Shown one piece after another: positions 1-11,384 of a DNA stretch of 64,000 nucleotides. A model generated the notes under the pieces. It saw nothing but the letters and a program-made list of their open reading frames with translations. It ran no database searches and was not told the DNA's origin. Source of the stretch: Eutreptiella sp. 'Long Island Sound 2002' (taxonomy: Eukaryota; Protista; Euglenida); the NCBI GenBank assembly GCA_964036045.1, contig OZ038378.1:13020001-13084000 (forward strand), written 5' to 3'. The stretch's first letter is position 1, and each line of letters opens with the position of its first letter. The translations under genes and the position numbers were made by a program.

Positions 1-2631
1 AAGGGCTCCAAGTAACCGTCAGTGGGAGGAGGATGGAGTCGTGGTGGGGTTGCAAGAGGCTGTGGGGCTGGGGTTTGGGAAGGAAGATGTTATAGGGATG
101 ACATGGGAGATGGGATGGCACGCATCATCAACCCGACCAGAATCTCCGGATTTAGTCGGTGCACGTCAATGCTACTGTAGGTGCAGCTACCACGGATAGG
201 GTGTTCAGCAGTTACAACGACGAGCAGGGACTACTGGAACTCGTACCGAACCAACAAATGTTTGCTTCTGGAGCTTTCATGTCCACAAATGCTGGGACAT
301 TTCTGAAGAAGTGACGGACCAGAGGCTCCTCAGGCCCCGCAGCACAGAGCTGGGATTTCCTCGAGACAAGCCTCAGGGCAGCGGGTTGGGGATGGGTGTA
401 GACATAGAGCCTCAAATGGGGAAGTGGCTGGGCTGAGCATGAGAATAGAGGCGGACATGCGGGTGAGGTGGGCGAGGGGATGACAATGAGGGGTTACGGG
501 GACAGGGCTGTGTTGAAAGCTGCAGAGGCTCGGCTGTGTCCACCGGTTTGGGTATGAACCACAACTGCGGTAAGCCGCAGAAGTGTTCAGTGCGCAGACA
601 CTTCGAATGGGCAACTGATAACCCACGGCTCACAATCAGATTCTTCAACTGCTGGCGGTTGCTCCATTCTTCTTTCGGTTGGCTTTCTGGCGGTCAGCTG
701 GTTAACCAGCGGCGCATCCCCCAGAGTGCCAGTGAACAATACATGGTGTCCCGCACTGAACCTGTGCCCCAGCCCCCTGAGTCCTCGCCCGCGCATAGAC
801 CCCAGGGGGGTCATGTTTCGGGCGTACCAATGGGCGTGATCGTTCGCTTGAGTGTGATCTTAATGTCCATGTGGCTCACTCACACCGCCATTGCAAGTGC
901 TTTCTTCGCCCAACGGTTGATGCGGTGGAGATAGAGACCAAGGACAGCAAGGTGAGAGCTTGCGTCTGTGCCAATGTCCGCTACTGCCAGCACCTATGAT
1001 TGAATCCCCGCCAACAGTGATCTGTCACTCGGGCTGACATTTTAACGGCTGTCACGTTTTGCATTCCAACCCATCACTGTCTGGTCGTTCCGCATGCTTT
1101 GTGCCCGCAGCGGATACATTCTGATGCTGCACCGCATTCCCACAAATGCGCACCTTCCCTTGCTCAGAACTCAACCTGGTTCTGTGTTGCGTCGTGCACA
1201 GACCGTGGTGTGCTTTTTAACGGCTGTAATCGTGGTTAGGCTTCCCCCTTGGATGCATCCCCTGAAGGGCCTGGACGTTGACCATAAACCGTCACCCAAG
1301 TGCCCAGCTGTTTGCTGGTGCCGTGTGCACAGGTGTCATCCTGTGCGTCCCGCTGTGTTGGCATTGGCCAACCCGGCCCCCCTCCTCAGTCATCGTTTGC
1401 ACAACCCACTTTCATGGGGACCACATTGGTGTCAAATGTCTCCCATGAAAGGGAAAGTAATCCCGGTGCTGCGGTTCGTAGAATTGCTGAGCACTGAGCT
1501 CATGGGTGCACAGCACCCCAACACCATTTGATGCAACCCATAAATACTACCACAAGTGCATGAAACACATTACTTGATACCATTTTTTTAAGGCACAATG
1601 CACATTGCGATGCAGACCTTAGTCTTGTTCAACTTAAGCTTCTGATTATACTTCTGCTGCTGTCGCTTTTGGCCCTGGGTTTTGTAAGGCACCTGCACAG
1701 CAAATTTTTTCCAAATGTTTCCTGAGGGGCCTGCAATCCTGCTGAGTGGGGGAAATGCACAGGAGGTGGGCACAGCGCGCAAAGCACTACCATGACACCA
1801 GTGCACAGTGCACCCCAAATTCTGTGATGGTGGCTTGGTACTGTTGGCACACCCAACATCGATGTTGTATTGCCAGGTGTAAATGTGTGGGCGCATGCGC
1901 GTGTGCCTGTTACCGCATCATCAAAACATGAGTCAAATAAATCAAACCGCGGCCTGACGCTGCTTGCATTGGGGCTGTTGTTCACCAGGACTGCCTGACC
2001 CAAAGTGAAAATACAACAATTCAAAGCATCAACAAGGACAACCCTGGGCACACCTTGGCACACGTCCATGCCCCCCCGTGAGTGGACGCTTCCATACGCC
2101 ATGTGTGGATGTGTGCCCATACAAGCGACACCACCGGCCGGTACTGTGTGCACTGATTTGGTCTGCAGAACCCACTTTCTGTGGATTGTGACGCAGGTCT
2201 CTTTAAAGACGCTTGTGCAATCAAAGGGAAGCAATACATTGGCGTTCGGATTGTCGGCCACTCACCCTCCTCAGCAGTTTGAGGTCGAAAGTGTATGGCC
2301 CCGGGGACAGCAAACTCGGTTGACTTTGGTCTGGCAAAAGCTTTGCTCTCAGTGAAGGGTGAAGCGCGATGGCGCCGTATCGACTTGGATCAACAGTGTC
2401 AGAGGCTCACTCACATGGCCCATCGGCGACGGCAGTGGGCACGGACATCCCGTTTCTGAGGAAAATTAACGAAAGTGGGTCATAATAAGACATCTGGCGG
2501 GTGTCATGGTCCAAGGTCGCAAGCTAGGACGTATTGACCCTGTGAACTACTACGCACCAGTATGCCCACCTGTAGAACTGTGCGTACTCGCATGTGTGTA
2601 GCATGACGTCACGTGACAGGACCGATGGTAC

Positions 2632-3183
2632 TTAGGTATTGATGGTACTTAGGTAATCATTAATAATCTCTACTTCCTCCGAAATCTCGTTCCCCATAAG
2701 CCCAACGATCTGTCGTTCGACGAGCGCTCTCTCAACGCTGTCCGACGCGTGCGCCCCATTCCGCATCACGTCTTTGCCATAATCCGAGCGCACGGAGCCG
2801 GGCTGATTGCTGTCACCCAACTTGGCCCGAATACGCTCAATAGCATGCTCGCCACTGTACAAAAGCGCGAAACAGCGGGCAGGCCCCGGTGTGTGCCGCT
2901 GTTCTGGTGTCAGCGGCTGTTTGCGGGAATCGACACCGGTCATGTATGTGATAACGTCTGCGAGCTCGTTCTTGGCTGCAGCCGCCTTGATGACATCATA
3001 CATAGCGGCAAACTGCTCGTCTTCAATGGGGAAACCCATGTAATCCCGTGAGAGGATGTTGCGCATCTTTTGCTCCACCCGGGGCCTGAGCTTGTTGAGG
3101 AAGATGCCCTCAAGGAAGCCATAAAAGTCGTCAGCCATCGCTGGGGTCATGGAGAACACCTTGCACCCCTTCAAATGCAATCC
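2632..3183 (-). CDS. Terminal exon of NDP-kinase-like gene with catalytic-His motif (NGAHASDS)
   Basis: Acceptor CTAAG|GGA at 3184/3183 (phase 0). Encodes GLHLKGCKVFSM...ALLYSGEHAIERIRAKLG...PGSVRSDYGKDVMRNGAHASDSVERALVE, matching the NDK C-terminal signature. Stop TAA at 2634-2632. Confidence 0.9.
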   Translation of the reverse strand, partial: GLHLKGCKVFSMTPAMADDFYGFLEGIFLNKLRPRVEQKMRNILSRDYMGFPIEDEQFAAMYDVIKAAAAKNELADVITYMTGVDSRKQPLTPEQRHTPGPARCFALLYSGEHAIERIRAKLGDSNQPGSVRSDYGKDVMRNGAHASDSVERALVERQIVGLMGNEISEEVEIINDYLSTINT

Positions 3184-4328
3184 CTTAGACGTCGAGGAAC
3201 ACATAGAATACAAAAGTGGAAATGACGTGGTAAGGGCATGGCAAGGAGACACATTGGACACCCGCGGAGTTTGGGGACTGTTGAGAGGAGTGAGGTTGCA
3301 ACACTAGTCAAAATGGGCGAAAAATTGCCATACTTTACCACGTGTTTGGTCAGGACGTGTGCACCAGTCATCACATGCACTCAAACCATTATGTATGACA
3401 AGCACAACTTTGGAGGTGCAGATGCTGGAAATCATGAAACTGGGGGCTAGTAGATGCTGGGCAGAACCCCGACTGAGTTGAAAGAAGAATCTTGTTTGGC
3501 ACAATAATTAAAGACAGAACTCTGGTTCATTCACAAAAATTAACGAAAATGGCCATGATCGCCTCGCCTGAAACAATCAGGGATATGCTTTTTGCGAATC
3601 GGCCACGGATGATTGATGATTTTCTCAAGTGATTTTGGACAACAATGAACTTCCATTCATCAATTTGTTTGACATGTTTGAACCTGTGGCTGAGTCGTCC
3701 ACGTGTATCTCTTTACCCCCTGTGGAGCTGCATGCAAAAGCCCTCATAGGGTCCACCTCAGCGCGCCACCAACAGCAAGCAAACGAGCTTGCATGGGTCT
3801 GATGTGGGTGCTCATTGTCAACACGCCTTCTGGGGATCAAGGAGCGATGCTGTCAAAGGTCGCAAACAGCAAGGTCCAACCAACTATCTTCATCTCCTGG
3901 AACACACCCACACGCACGCACAGTGAAAGTGTCAAACAGCAAGTGAACGCAGCAACTGAAGATGGTACAAGAAGGGGCTAGCTTTCGGAGAGGAGGGCGA
4001 TGCAAAACCGGGAAAACAAAGAGTGTGTGCAGTGCATTCATGCGGACATGCCTGGGGCAACCAGGGCGGGCGGGGGCGGTGCGAAGCAGGGCACAAAGGT
4101 AAGGCAGGCGGCAAAAAATACATCCGAAATTCCGCATTGCGTCATGCAACTCAATCTTCTCCCGTTGGCGACATGCGACGACGAATTCTGAACATGGGGG
4201 CAAAAGCTGTTCGCCCACCCCACCCCCTCAGGCTACCCAGGGCAATAAACCAAGCTGACCATCCGACCATCCCCGGAGGATCCGGTGCTAGCCCCGGGCA
4301 CAATGTGAGGATAGTGCAGGCACCGTAC

Positions 4329-4574
4329 CGTGGTGCTAATCATGTCGATAATGTGCCCCGGAAGGCTAGAAGGGCGCTCCAAATTATCAGGCTTGATCAT
4401 CAAGAGCGCGGTCTGATGCGGTGTCACGACGCCATCCCCATCCATATCACCCTCGTACTTCTCCCACCAAGACGACATGACCCCTCCATCCTGCTGCGCG
4501 TACTTCGCGAAGATGCGGAGGTAGTCTGTGTTGCAGCTTGGCGTCATCGGGGCAAACACTGCGAACTGGAAGCC
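4329..4574 (-). CDS. Exon of NDP-kinase-like gene (GFQFAVFAP...TALLMIKPDNLERPSSLPGHIIDMISTT)
   Basis: Acceptor CCGTAG|GGC at 4575/4574 and donor ACG|GTACGG at 4329/4328, both phase 0. Contains the start of the second NDK domain (TALLMIKPD). Confidence 0.88.
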
Positions 4575-7500
4575 CTACGGTAAGATCAGGAATCGACATG
4601 CAGACCAAACTGTTGTTCAGCTCTCCAACCCCCATCCCTCTCCCCTCCTACTTGTAGACACTCAAATTAGAACTCCTCCCCCCTTTCCTCCTTCCATCCT
4701 ACCTTGACTGCAAACATTAAGCAAGTTCTGCACCCAAACTGAGTAAAATTTAGTGTAGTATGGCGTAGCGCAGTGTGGTGTGGCGCGGTGCCTTGCTTGT
4801 GTGGGAATATCATTTTTCTCGGATCTTTCCATTGTTCTTTTTGGGATCCGCAAAATCTGCAGAACCCAGGGAGGAGGAGGGTGGTCCTAGGATCAGCAGA
4901 ATCCACGGATCACGAACCTCCTACGGTCACTTGTGTTGTTGTGCACTTATGGACTGCATTGCTCACTGTGTGTCCTCGACCTTTGGCAAACTTTATGGCC
5001 AACGGTCGCAGTGGAATCACGGCTGCTGGTTGTGTCTCCAAGAAATCAAATTTGGGCCCTCACGACTCTGGTGCTACATCCATATCAAACACCTTTGAGG
5101 GTGTGTTTTGTTGCCTGTTGCATCAATTCCCTTGGCTTGCATGTGGCAGGTGGTGTTTCAGGGCAATGGCAAATTCTTCCAATGACAAATATGCAATGCA
5201 GTTCGCTATATATATGCAAGCAATTTGGGGTCACGCTGCAGATTTCATCACAAACCCCATATGCAATGTTGAGGCTAGGGGAAGCTACAAATGCTGCTTC
5301 AGGATACAACCCATTCTCCCCTTTTTTAACAATCCGGTTCGGGGCAATTCTTCACGAGCCTCTGATTCATCTACAAAGAAGCTAGAAAGAAGGCATCATA
5401 TTGCATAGGTAGCATTTCTTGCCTTGGTGATAAGCTTTCTTCCCCAAGAAATGCTGTGTGTTCACTTTGCAGTGTATTCAAAAATGTTCAAGAATGATGG
5501 GTGGTGGCATAAACCCTTGCCTTGTATCATCAACATGGTAAAAAAGTGAATATATAAGCATGCTATTAAGTAGGTACAATATGGAGAAGCCTACAAAGGA
5601 TAGTGGAGTGAGATGAGCATCACCTCATGCCACAATTCATTCTAGAAGCATGCATGCATTTGCGCAAGGAGTGCTTGCACAATTATTTTTTGTTCACCTT
5701 AATTCCACTATTCCTATCTGGTTGTACATATCTGTTCTCCCATTTCAATGGACCATGAAGTGGTAGGGGATAGCAATTCCAATTGCCTATTTTTGGAATA
5801 CAACTAGCTCCCATGTGGCAGGGCATATTTAGCCATTTGGCAATACAGCCCAGCCCTGATACGGCAAGGGTGACAGTAGGAGACATCACCATATGTTATA
5901 TCTTTCCCTCCGTAGAAGTTCCTCAGATTTGGTGAATTGGCCAACAGCACGTGGGACCATCGGTGGGCGTATGAATTTAGTGTCTTCTTGTGGCATAGCA
6001 CATCTCCTGCTGAGCTGGCAGGATGTAGCAATGTGTGCCAGCAGGAATTTGGACACTGTGCACCCCACACAAGCAACACATGTGCTTGCACTACCCCTGT
6101 ACGTTGGACATGCGACATAGCACGTGAAATAACAACAAACCACACATGTGTTGTTGTGTTGAATTGTGTTGTGTTGAGAACGTGTGAACGAAAGGCTTGT
6201 GTCAAAATCTTGAAAATACCAAAATCCTAGGTGAAAAGGCTGTTCTTATACAAAAATGTGGCAAGCTGATAGATTCAAAGGGTCTTGCTGATACTTCCCG
6301 AAATGAATTTTAAACCTCCTGAAAATCTGGAATTCTGAGATGAAACTACTATTTTCGAATCCCATTTCCTCTTGTGTTGTGTTGTGTACCACATACACCG
6401 CATATGGCGTGCAGCCCGGCACGGTAATATATTTTTCATCCCCTTTTGTGCAGCTCATGAGTACGCCAATTGGAGGGTCATTGGACATGCCCTGTGAGGG
6501 AGTTGACAACGTTTCAAGGGGATGAGGTGGATGCAAACTGGGGTCGGAGGGAGTGCCAGCCAGAACGAGGCTGCAGTTCAAGGGCAGTCATGACCGAGCT
6601 GTTTGCCTACTTTGATATTAGCTGGCCACTACACCTATGTGCACGATGCGTCCCTTGTGCCGGGAGGGATGCATTTGAGGTGCAAAGGGCTAGGGATCAC
6701 ATGCAGCCGTCTCTTCCTGGCCAACATTCCCGCAAACATGGCAATTAGGCAGGTGGCACAAATGCAACAGATGACCGCATAGATATGCATTTCGATTGAT
6801 TTCGTTCTCATCTTGTTCTAGTGCATCGTTTGAGTCCCATTCTAGTTAATGCCGCCATAAGCTTTACTAACTAGAAGAATACTTGTGGAACTAGAGCAAT
6901 ACCAGAACACTATTATTTACAAGGCATCCAGCCATGGCCGCTGAGGACCCGCTGAGGACCCAATTCTTGGAGCTCCAAGTTGACGCCCCCGTGCTGTCCA
7001 AAACCCCAATCCCAAACCGACCCCCAACCCAAGCCTGAGTCCTCCCAATCCTCCTCACACCCCCTCGGGGCCGCACTCCCAACCCCTCCGCCCAAAAGAG
7101 GAGGACAAGGTGCGAGAGGTGGGGAGAGGGGGAAGAGGAGGAAGTCAAGGAGGCAGTCTTAGCGGGCCGGTCGCAGCAACTCGCCGCCTTTTTGCATGGG
7201 ATGAAGGCGGCACTAGCAAGGGCGGAGCAGAAGGAGGGGCATGGAAGGCCAAGGAGGAGGAGGAGGCAATGGCGGAGGGAGGGTAGACGTTGCAAGAGGC
7301 CATCAAGAATGCAGGCAAGATGGTGGAGAAGGTTGAAGGGCTGAAAGGGGACATCGTCGGATGCAGGGGGATTTGCGCAACTTGGAAGGGAGACTTGTGA
7401 AGTTGGGGTGGAGTTATAAAGGAGGAGGTGGTGGTGAGGGAAGCAGGGGAGAAAGAAGAGAAGAAGGCGGTCCAATCCTCCTGCCTCAAGCCATGGCTAA

Positions 7501-7799
7501 GCAGCTTGATGGAGGTGAGAATTGCGGCCGCCATCCTCAACTTGCCATGAGCATCGGGGGTGTTGGATGGCCCTAACCCCCCCATGCTTGTTACCCCACT
7601 TTGCCCCCCACCGGACAATCCAATTTGGACTCTCCAACTTTAATTCTATTGCCTTCGGCAGTGCACCTCGAAGAGAGGTTGACAGTCAGCCAATCAGTCC
7701 CTGAGCCAGCAAGCAGGCAGTCAGACAGATTCACACAGTTTGGGTTTTTTGTCAGTGGCAAATGGGGTCCCAAGCAGCAGGGACCCCATTTGCCGGAAT

Positions 7800-7869
7800 G
7801 CAGGCAGTGGCCGAGTGGTAGCGCAGCCGACCGGCATCCGTGTGGTCGGCGGTTCGAACCCCAGTCTGC
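7800..7869 (+). other. tRNA-derived (SINE-head-like) sequence
   Basis: A box TGGCCGAGTGG (7808-7818), B box GGTTCGAACCC (7851-7861), GCAGGC...GTCTGC acceptor-like stem; no normal anticodon arm. Confidence 0.55.
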
Positions 7870-7907
7870 GCACTTTGGCGCTGCGGGCGGCGGCGGCGCT
7901 AAAAGTC

Positions 7908-7976
7908 AGCAGGTCAGGATTCGAACCGACGCCTGCATACCTGTTGTCGGCTGCGTTACCATTGGACCACTGGCCG
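7908..7976 (-). other. tRNA-derived (SINE-head-like) sequence, related to the 7800-7869 copy, opposite strand
   Basis: The reverse strand reads TGGTCCAATGG (A box) ... GCAGCCGAC ... GGTTCGAATCC (B box). Confidence 0.55.
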
Positions 7977-10156
7977 TGTTACTAGCACCGTGCGTCCCCA
8001 CTGCTTGTAGCCTATTAAGCAAAAACTTTTGACCCCCCCCCCCACCCCCCCCCCCCACCCACCCCCCCACCCCCCCCACCCACCCCCCCACCCCCCTCAA
8101 AAAAGTGATATCCAGTTTTAGGGGGTAGAGGCCTCAAAATCAAAAAATCCATTGGGGGATGCTCTTATTGGGCAAAATAATGATTTTACAAGGGGTTGGA
8201 CATCCAATATCATGCCTTGGGGTATGCTACGCGAATGACCCCAAAAAAGGGGGGTATATGACGCCCGCGCCTGCGCTTGATCTAACAACCTCTCTTCGAG
8301 GTGATTTTGCTCCAGCGGGTGCACACTAGCTTGGCCTTAGCGGGTTTGGTGATGAAGAGGCAGCCGGGGCACTCTCCATCCATCACCGATGAGAGTGTGG
8401 GGGGGGGGGGGGGCAAGGTGTGGGTTTGGGGTCCCCATGGGAGGGGAGGGCCAGTGAGCGAGCATTGAACCCCCCCCAAAAAAAGCCTAACCTAGCACAA
8501 CTTAACCTTTTTACCCTTCTCACCAAAAAGGTGGGGGCCAACCATTTTCGTTTCTTGGGTTGGTGCTATAGCAAAGGTTTGGGCTGGGTCTTGTGACCTA
8601 GTCCAAATCCATATGGATGTGGAACCCATCCTGGAAGGAGATCTTCCAATCTGGACAATTCAACCCTGCTGCTGCCAAACAAGGGGGGTATAGTGGTGTG
8701 TTGCTCGCCATTTTGGTTGATGAAGTGTCCTAGTGAGCACTGATCATTTCGTTCTAGTTCTAGTGACCGATCCATTGGTGCCCCCCCCAAAAAAAAACTC
8801 ACAAGAAGAAGGGCACCCCCCCCCCTGTCTCGAAGAAGGCCCCCAAGCCCCAGCCCAAGGAGAAAAGGAAGCACGGGGAGAGTGGGTGTGAGCCTAGGAG
8901 TGCCAAGCAAAAAAAGAAAGGAAGAAGGGGGGGACCAAGAAGGGGAAGGAGAGGGCCCCCAAGGCCCCCCTCCCCCAAAGGAAACATGGGGGTACAAACC
9001 CCTATAGGGATTTGCCGGTGGCGGGGGAGGTGAGGTACATCCCCCGGGAGGAGGGGGGGAATGGGGGGACGGTGACCAGGAGCGTCGCGTTGGAAGACTG
9101 GGATTAGGAGCTGTAGCTTGGGGCTGGGTACTTGGTGTCGAAAGGAGGGGGAGGGGGAGGGGAAGGAGAAGAAGAGGAAGAGGCAAAGGAGCACGTATCG
9201 GGAACCGGGCAACCTTGTCTTCCGGACGGAAGAGGGAGCTTAAAACAATTTGGTTGAGGTGATGGGGGATGTGGAAGAGGACCATGACGGGCATCATGGT
9301 GGGGACGAGGGGGGTGACGAGGGTTGGGATAGGGGGGCTTGGGGGGAAGCAAGTAGTAGTGGGAACCCCCACAACGCACGGTGATTCGCGTCGCTCGAAT
9401 GGCTAGCTTGGGCCAACCAATCGCAAAGGGCTAACGTGGCTAACCAATTGCAAGGGGCTAGCTGGGGCTACCTGGGCTAACCTTTGTGATGGGGGGCTAA
9501 CCGGGCTAACCGGACTAACCAGGAGGAGGGTTGTGGGGGGAAAGGGGGTGTGTGTGCTGCGTGAGATGGATGGAGGGTCTTGCAATGGCCACCCCGAGTC
9601 ATGGTAGCCCGGGTAGCTTCTTTTTGAAGAGGGGTTGTGGCACCAGCAAGGTAAGGATGCACACAGCAATAATCTTCAACGCAGAACCTAAGCACTTTGC
9701 CACGGTGGAGTGTTCATTGTGCCATACCCCAGTCAGCTATGTTTGGTGATTGTGCTGCTTTGGGACACTCAGGCTCGACTAGACCTTTCCTGAATGCGCG
9801 TTCTGAAAAGCCCCCATGTGGGGAGAAACGACATCATTTAGTATGAGTGGGGTTTGCATGCAACAAAGCCTCGCAATCTTATTGCTCGCTTGGCACCTGC
9901 AGGGTACATGGTGGCATCAATCCATTTCTCGCTGTTCATGAAGATCTGGATGACGCCTTCTTTCGCCAAGGCGTACTTGGGTCATGAAGATCCACCGAGC
10001 TGCTGTGTTGGCCCAACGTTTCTGTTTCTCTTTGGTTGCGGGTCGTGGCACCAACTGGATGTTCGTGACCAAGGTATAGGGTGTTGCATAGTAAGGGGGA
10101 GCATGACACCACGCCCCCCCCTACTGTAGTTATTTCTTCCACCACTTGGTGGTGGT

Positions 10157-10936
10157 GTGCAGTCCCTTATATCCGGGGCAAGGGCCCGAGGATATCGGCA
10201 GATATCCGTGGCATATGCCCGGGATACAGCAGCCACGGATATCTGCCGATATCCCGGGCATATGCCACGGATATCTGCCGATATCCTGTGGGAGGTACCC
10301 GAACCCGCCGAGATTCTTGCACGTTACCCAAAGCCTAAGGAGCTCGAGGTGCCTAAGGAGGAAATTTGTAAGGAGCCAAAAGCGGAGCCTTGCGTTGTCC
10401 ATGCTAATCCTCTCAAAGCTGTTAAAGCTGAGGCTGTGGTTGTTCTTGGTGGTCCTATTAAGGCGGAGCCTTGTGCTAACAACCCAATTGTGCACACACC
10501 GTCTCCAAAGCACGAGGTCATTGATCTCACGGCGGAGGAGGACTATGCTACTTTTCCCTTGACACAATTAAGCGAAAGGGAGAACATGGTATATGAGCGT
10601 GAGATGTATCATTCGCGTGCATGGGCAGCCCTAGCCACACCTGCAAAGGCCCCCACAAGCCAAGATCTCACAGGCATCCCATCTCCTTTCGACTCTGCTA
10701 GGTTTGATGGGCCACCCACGAAGGTTCGCAAAGTTCAGGTGAAAGAGGAAAAGCAACAATGCTATCGTTGTGACTATCCTATTAAGAAGAATGCTGCATC
10801 TGCGGGGCAGCGACCTGTGACTTGTGATGTTTGTCACGCTATTTACCACTTGTCATGTGCCAAGCTTCGGTTTCCTCCAAAGCATGGATCGTGGGCATGT
10901 GAGACATGTATGACCGAAATGATTGGTTCCCAGTAA
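10157..10936 (+). CDS. ORF with C-terminal canonical PHD finger, nested antisense in the NDK intron; true start uncertain
   Basis: C-x2-C-x17-C-x2-C-x4-H-x2-C-x13-C-x2-C with W two residues before the last Cys pair (CYRC...CDVCHAIYHLSC...GSWACETC). The first ~45 codons overlap a palindromic repeat. Confidence 0.7.
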   Translation: MQSLISGARARGYRQISVAYARDTAATDICRYPGHMPRISADILWEVPEPAEILARYPKPKELEVPKEEICKEPKAEPCVVHANPLKAVKAEAVVVLGGPIKAEPCANNPIVHTPSPKHEVIDLTAEEDYATFPLTQLSERENMVYEREMYHSRAWAALATPAKAPTSQDLTGIPSPFDSARFDGPPTKVRKVQVKEEKQQCYRCDYPIKKNAASAGQRPVTCDVCHAIYHLSCAKLRFPPKHGSWACETCMTEMIGSQ

Positions 10937-11227
10937 TTGGCACCATGACCTCATGATACTTGTTTATTTATGGCTAAGTGTAGGGAACAATGTTCCTTTC
11001 ATACACCTTGGCATCACATTTTCGCATCGACAGAGAGCACATTGTGTAGTGCTCCAACTTGGACGTCTATCCACAAAACTTTCCAAAATTGTTGGCGTCC
11101 TCAATTGTTGTGTTGTGCATGGCTCAAGTATGCAATGAGGGAAAGGGAAGGGTTGGGCGCATCTATCCCGTGGCATATGCCACGGATATCTGCCGATATC
11201 CTTGGGCCCTCATGCCACGGATATAAG
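10166..11227. mobile_element. Cassette bounded by ~62-bp imperfect inverted repeats (10166-10226 / 11164-11227), carrying the PHD ORF
   Basis: CTTATATCCGGGGCAAGGGCCCGAGGATATCGGCAGATATCCGTGGCATATGCCCGGGATA versus the reverse complement of 11164-11227, which differs by a few substitutions and indels. Confidence 0.55.
10190..10286. repeat. Perfect 37-bp hairpin (10190-10226 / 10250-10286)
   Basis: The arms are exact reverse complements (GGATATCGGCAGATATCCGTGGCATATGCCCGGGATA). Confidence 0.9.
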
Positions 11228-11358
11228 AATTGTGCCTAATGCCACGGATATCTGCCTGTATCCCGTGGCATAGGCACGGATACCTCCCTCTGGTTAGGGT
11301 TAGGTATCCGTGCCTATGCCACGGGATACAGGCAGATATCCGTGGCATAGGCACAATT
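11228..11358. repeat. Long hairpin: perfect 47-bp core (11239-11285 / 11302-11348) extended to ~57 bp, with a 16-nt loop containing TTAGGG
   Basis: Read directly from the sequence; built from the same GATATCCGTGGCAT motif family. Confidence 0.9.
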
Positions 11359-11384
11359 ATTGTATAATGTCCCCACAAGGGGTG

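Noticed and set aside
1629-2355. Overlapping 210-aa and 116-aa ORFs downstream of the NDK gene
   Set aside because: No recognisable motif or splice context; could not be supported as coding.
8566-9379. Pro-rich 268-aa ORF
   Set aside because: Low-complexity antisense reading of a purine-rich repeat; no domain signature.
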